The translations under genes were made by a program, and so were the position numbers. From Chrysomallon squamiferum (lineage: Eukaryota > Animalia > Mollusca), in assembly GCA_012295275.1 (NCBI GenBank), contig CM022668.1, forward strand, positions 1,736,001 to 1,800,000: a DNA stretch of 64,000 nt. Reading direction: 5' to 3'. Shown here one piece after another: positions 52,423 to 64,000 of this stretch (position 1 is its first letter; every line of letters begins with the position of its first letter). Below the pieces are notes generated by a model, which saw only the letters and a list, made by a program, of their open reading frames with translations, made no database searches and was not told the origin of the DNA.

Positions 52423-53530
52423 ATGGAGTTGTATGCACTTTCACTCACATCTGCTGGAGTTTTCCTTATTCTTTTTTCTCTTGGAATGTCTTGCATGTTC
52501 CGGTAAGTATTATTATTGTTATTGTTATTGCAGAAGTTATTATTATAAACTAAATTACAAACCGTGACTACTCGCAGTCTATTCAACACAAAATTGCAAT
52601 GGAATAGATTTTTATACAATTCATTAACTACTTAATGGATGCTAAATGAAAATTTGTTAGGTAATTCGTACCAGTTTCGGCACATTTTTATTTTATTTTG
52701 TTGTCCTTGAATTCTCTCTGGTCATTATCCTACAAATAGTAGTTTTACTAAATGTTTATTTTATTTTATGTATTCTTTTTAAATATTTTTTTATTTATAT
52801 TTTTTCTTAATTTCAATTTTCTAATTTTCATTTTTTCCATTTCTTATCTTACATTTCTCTCTTTTTCAAATTTTATTATTATTATTAATTAATTTACTTA
52901 TCTTAAACAAGGAACAAAAGACCAAAAGATGACGGCCGTAAGATCACGCGCAGTTTCGAGGGTAAAGGTAGTGCGCATGCTCACTCGGAGGATTACGAGG
53001 AACACATCATAGGGTCTATAGTAAAACGTGAACATGGAAAATTGAAACGTGATGACAGCAAAACAAAACGTGATGGCAGGAAACCAAAACGTGTTGATAG
53101 CAAGACGAAACGTGGTGACAGTCAAATAAAACGTGATGACAGTAAAACAAAACGTGGTGACAGTCAAATAAAACGTGATGACAGTAAAACAAAACGTGAT
53201 GGCAGTCAAATAAAACGTGATGACAGTAAAACAAAACGTGATGACAGTCAAATAAAACGTGATGACAGTAAAACAAAATGTGATGACAGTCAAATAAAAC
53301 GTGATGACAGTAAAACAAAATGTGATGACAGCCAACTAAAACGTGATGACAGTAAAACAAAATGTGATGACAGCCAAATAAAACGTGATGACAGTAAAAC
53401 AAAATGTGATGACAGCCAAATAAAACGTGATGATAGCAAAACAAAATGTGATGACAGCCAAATAAAACGTGATGATAGCAAAACAAAATTTGACGAAGAT
53501 GCAATAAAAAGCGAAGAGAAAACTACATAG
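52423..53530 (+). CDS. Uncharacterised 232-aa protein: N-terminal hydrophobic segment, SFEGKGS motif, 7-aa KRDDS(KT/QI) repeats; 2 exons
   Basis: Exon 52423-52502 (MELYALSLTSAGVFLILFSLGMSCMF-R; donor CG|GTAAGT, phase 2) joins exon 52912-53530 (NKRPKDDGRKITRSFEGKGSAHAHSEDYEEHIIGSIVKREHGKLKRDDSKT...AIKSEEKTT*). Total 699 nt, in frame. Confidence 0.75.
53045..53492 (+). repeat. Coding minisatellite, 21-bp unit (42-bp dimer), about 21 copies
   Basis: aaacgtgatgacagtaaaaca alternates with aaa(c/t)gtgatgacagtcaaata. Confidence 0.93.
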
Positions 53531-53817
53531 GATGCTAATACCAGCAATATAAGAAATAAACAAGTCAGAAACTGAAGAATTTTTTTTTTTTTTTTTTTTT
53601 TAAAAAGAAGAAAATAGATATCTATCGACAATTAGACTAAAGCACTAATATATATATATTATTAAACAAGTTATCATCATTAAATAGCATTAAATATATA
53701 TATGTAATGTTAGAGTCATATAAAAATTATATCCATGTTTATGTAATATACAGAATATAGAGCATACTTATGTTTTGATTTCTAATTTTTCATGATAGAA
53801 ATATATGGATTTTGATA

Positions 53818-53865
<48 letters not shown>

Positions 53866-55780
53866 CTTTATTTATATATATAATTATTTACTTATTGGAA
53901 GTGTTAACTATAAGAATGACTAGACTGGTTATAATGTATCTAAATCAACAAACAGAGTAATTTTTAAATAACATGATTTTAACAGTAAAATATTTTTTTA
54001 AATGTCAATTTTTTTAAACATCAGCAGTTTTTGAATGACAAATGTGTTTAACATCGGTAATTTTTTTTTTAAATGACATCATTTTAGAGTCAATAAAGTA
54101 ATTTTTAAATGACAAATTATTTTAGAGTCGGTAAAGTAATTTTTAAATGAGGAAATTTTTTTAACATCAGCAAAAAATAATTATTGAATGACAAATGTTT
54201 TTAACACCAATAAATTCATCTTGAAATGACAAATGTTCTTAAACAGAACTAAGATGAAACTGAAATAGAGTGACGGAGAATAATAAAAAAAATGAATATG
54301 GCATTTACTGAACCCAAGTCGAGTAGTTACCAGTGTTACCATTGTCAAGGATAAGTTAAGTCTGTATTATTTCTCAAACGACTGGAACAGACGACGATAA
54401 TTTAAAAGTGAAATACTTTAAAGCAACAGACCCACATAAACAAGTAAAATAAATAATAAATTAAATTAAAATAGATGAAAGAAAGAGAGTGATGCGGAGA
54501 TGAAGATTTAAAAAGATCAGTTGATGAGCCTGTGTTGAGTGTTGTCCACAGCAGAAAGGACATTAGTGAGAGGACACTGCTTGATGCAGGAAAGAATGAT
54601 GGAAAGATAAATAATGATAAAAGTCAAAAAGAAAAAATAAAGTTGGGCAGAACTGTTATCATTAAATATTACTAGGTCGAGGAATACTAAATGCAATGTT
54701 TGCTGTAGAGTCAAACTGAATGGTAATTGTATTGAATAGTATGTACATTTGTAAGTATGACTGCTTGTATAGAAGATGTTTATAGTTTTATTAAAGTGTA
54801 TGTGTTACATGAAGACTATGAAATTAGGGTTGTTGTTGTTTTTTTTTGCTTTGCTGCAGTCACAGCGGTAAAACCACTCCCTGCCAGAAGCTGGAGACTG
54901 AAGAACGTGACTAGTTGCATTACGTAACAATCGGGTCATCTGCTAACGTCACAGTTTTTAAGATCTACAAGGCCATTTAATACATTACTCAGTGTTTTAA
55001 TAACTACGAATTAGAAGGCACATCTGTTAACAATCACAAGTATGCATCTTTGGTGATAATTTGGTTACATTCTCGTCATAACGGTACAACACTAACTACA
55101 CTTTTTAAAATAAATTTTATTAATTTCAGGAGAAGATAAATATCGAAATATCGAGACAGTTTTCTAGGTAAAAGTCTGCTGTTACTGAAAAGCAGTGGGT
55201 GTCAAGTCAAACGTCCAGCGACTTGCTCCAGCAAAGCTTGATACCGACCCAACGCCTCAAATTAGGTCAAGCGTCCACCGTTCAATCAAATGACCACTTG
55301 TGGGCACTAGCACCCAGATAACTACCACAGTGCTAAACTGTTGTATATGGTTATCTCAGTTCAAGTGCCTAATGGGTACGGAAATAAATTCAGTGTTTTG
55401 TAAATTTATGTGGAATGGGAAAAACACCTTTAGTCAAACATTCTTCTAGGAATAAAGTTCCCATGGGTTAAATGTACGAGATTTTCAGGAAAAAAAATCA
55501 TAAAGTATCTAAATCATATACTGTATACAGTCATTCTATACTCGCTTCGAGATGAGTGGAAATATCTTGTTTGAAAGAGTTATTTTTGATTCATGATAAT
55601 AAATAGATAAATAAATAAATAAATAAATAATAATAAAAACAAAAACATAATAAATAAATATGATTTTAAAGTCATGAACGCTTATAAAGATACTGTTTTT
55701 TAATCCTTTCTAGAATGTTTTAGTGCTGGCCCCCAGATGCTGGTTGTGTGTTTGTATGTTTAAATATATACATATGCTAC

Positions 55781-56938
55781 AGTCAATATGTCAAACTAGT
55801 CATTTGACCTAATACATGAAACATTTATGCATTTAGCCAAATGCCAAAGACCATTAGACATTTGGCCTAATGACATCAATTTTCAGTCATTAGGCCAAAT
55901 GACTGGATTTTTGTTAGTATTATTTGACATTCTTCCAGACTGCATTTCAGGCAATCAGTCAAATGGATTTAATGTTTTATTTACATCTGTACATTGGTGG
56001 GATTGGTGATCGTACTATTCTTACATCAAAGACCAATGATTTTAATATCGACAGTCTATAACTTACTTATTCATGATTTCATGGAAATGCGTAAACCTTA
56101 CAAAACAGATCACATTTTAACTAGAAAACACGTAAGCTACTGATAACATTCAGATAACTGTATGAGTCCACTATAGAAGTTTCTGTAGAAAAATCACATT
56201 AAAAAGGAAGAGTACTTCTTGATTACAGACCAGCTAAAGAAGAGCTCTATTGGCCTCAAGATAAAACCCACAACAAGTGTTATCTCATGTCCATGTTTGA
56301 AATCCTTCAGAGACACCCACAAAACCTAGGCTCAGACCTAAAAGACATATTAGTAGCCTGGGTGAGTGAGATCGACACAACACACTAAAGTGTAGACATC
56401 AGGTTTGTTCAATTCAACTAGACTAGTTGCAGTCAAACGCAGCTCTTGTGCCGACATCGTTCATCAGCGCCAAGCGAAAACTCGCCGAGAAGGTTAGTTT
56501 CAGCAAGCCGAGCGGATGATCAAACGCAGTCATGTGTTGACCGCCGGAGAACGAGGAGACTGGATGACTGGAATGGAGGATGTCGCCTAGAGCAGCAGAG
56601 TAAAAAGAGACATCCGCAGCTGGACAAGGGTTTGTGAAATGCAGCTGTGTGGGACGATAATTCTAGATGTCGCTCAAATTTGAACTGTTGTAATAAACAG
56701 AACACTATTTGAACACACACAGAATATAAATTTCAGTTTTACCATTGCGATGTGTTTCGAAATAAATATTTTTGTGCAGATGCAAATCATTCATTTTCAT
56801 TCATTTTGCCTAATGACTAAAGGTCTGTTTCAGTCGTTTGGACTAATTTAGGACAACCGCCTGACGGTATTGGGCATTAAATTAAAATGCCAAAACATTT
56901 CAAGCATTAGGTCAAATGATTGGTTTGACATATTGACT
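55781..56938. mobile_element. Non-autonomous DNA transposon with long TIRs (possibly a Mutator/MULE derivative), about 1.16 kb
   Basis: Left end agtcaatatgtcaaactagtcatttgacctaat matches the reverse complement of the right end, agtcaatatgtcaaaccaatcatttgacctaat, at 31/33. Subterminal inverted repeats lie at about 55885 and 56800. Confidence 0.8.
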
Positions 56939-57908
56939 TAACATATACGTACATAAATCCGCTTAGTATGTACAATGTCTTTATCTCGAACCTCCTTTTA
57001 TTCTGCAATTCGTTCTGTTACGTTTCTGGATTCCACATTGGCCGAAGATATGTAAAACACGAAATTCGCATGAGCTCATGAATTATGCTTTGATAATCAA
57101 GACAAACTGTGGGCTCGAAACATAGTTTGTGATACATGTCAATCGAAACTGGAGGACGGATGCAAGGTGAATGCCCTTTGCCAGATCCTGAATACAGAGA
57201 CAGCCACAGAATCATGTCATGATAGCTAATTCTGTGTGGTGGATATTTCAAGATTCAAGAAAACGAAAAGTCGACCTGATCTAACGTATCCAAACATTTT
57301 TGGACTGAAAAGTTAATGTTAAAACTATCAACAGCAGTCAAGTACGCCTTTAAATCAATAAAATTTATTAGCATATTTCAAAATCAGTAAGTAAGCGTGA
57401 ACATAATATGTGTTTGATGTTATGACTAGATCTTTCCTCGTTTGCCATTGCGTTCTAATCAGATATATAAAACAACAGAAATATCCATTACTAAAGGCAT
57501 CCATTCATTCATCCATCCATACACACACGCATGCATACATACATACATACATACATACATACATGCATATACACAACACACATATACACACAAACACACT
57601 TACACACATGTATAAATAGATACATAATATACGTACATACATGCATGCATACACACATACATATAACATAGGTATGCATATCCATTTATCCAAACATACC
57701 TAAACACATTCGTGCCAACAACACAACATTTTTGTTAGTTTATTGCACGAACCTTTCCATAATTAAAAGTTCAGTAAAAAAAATATCTGAAGTAACAACA
57801 AGGTAGATATTTGTTTTTAAATACAAGATTTTGTAATGTGATTTAATGTCTTTGCTGTTATTAATATTAGCATTTTAAGAATTAATATTTTCTGTTTTCA
57901 TAAATTTT

Positions 57909-63508
<5,600 letters not shown>

Positions 63509-64000
63509 CTGTGTTAGACACATTGCAAGCATTACAGTAAAACACAACTCTGGAACATTATATTAAATATACATTAGAAAATTATTACATTAAATATATA
63601 TTATAATAACAAACACTGAAACATTATACATTAGAAAACAACACTACTTTGAAACACCATAACAAATATATATTATAAAATAACTATATTAAATATACAT
63701 TGTAATAACACACACTGAAACATTACATTAAACATTATTATAAAACACAACTCTAAAGCAATGTTTAATACACATTATGAAATAACTACATTAAAAATAT
63801 ATTGTAAGGATTCAACTCTGAAAAATTACATTAAACATTATTAATAAAAAATAGAAAAACAACCATGAAACACTATATTAAATATATTTTATGAAATAAA
63901 TATACATTATATTTACATACCGAAACATTACATTAAACATTATTATAAAAACACAACTTTGAAACACTATATTAAACACTATAAACACATTATTAAAAAT

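Noticed and set aside
52898-53631. Several minus-strand hydrophobic or CHH-repeat ORFs
   Set aside because: Antisense frames of the 21-bp coding repeat.
57018-57275. Minus-strand 77-aa ORF as a further exon of the TSP1 gene
   Set aside because: Nearby acceptors lead to early stops before reaching that frame, and there is no recognisable motif.

Overview
AT-rich, intron- and microsatellite-rich animal genomic DNA. An invertebrate, possibly a mollusc, is inferred from gene content; there are no prokaryotic features. I assembled six spliced genes by hand from GT-AG sites and intron phase. (1) The 3' part of a supervillin gene (+, 1-13602). (2) A 3-exon, 120-aa orphan gene (-, 18711-17345) that the ORF track misses. 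(3) TTC25/ODAD4 (+, from 18958), head-to-head with the orphan across an RFX X-box-like palindrome. It has a 15-nt microexon, a tandemly duplicated exon and two alternative last exons (about 30 aa or about 1100 aa, acidic and repetitive). (4) A putative type-I membrane receptor with two GON domains, a TM helix and a tail of nine 29-aa repeats (+, 43369-50922). (5) A 2-exon, 232-aa paralog of that receptor's TM+tail with no ectodomain (+, 52423-53530). It shares an SFEGKGS-x6-DYE motif that differs only at synonymous sites. (6) A 5'-truncated TSP1-repeat membrane protein gene (-, 63508-57909). Also present: a decayed LINE, hAT-like MITEs, a long-TIR element, a pogo/Tigger-like remnant, and many minisatellites, several of which duplicate splice sites or a stop codon. 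The best candidate for a novel system is the GON-receptor / ectodomain-less paralog / TSP1-receptor cluster. All family assignments come from recalled motifs, not database searches.
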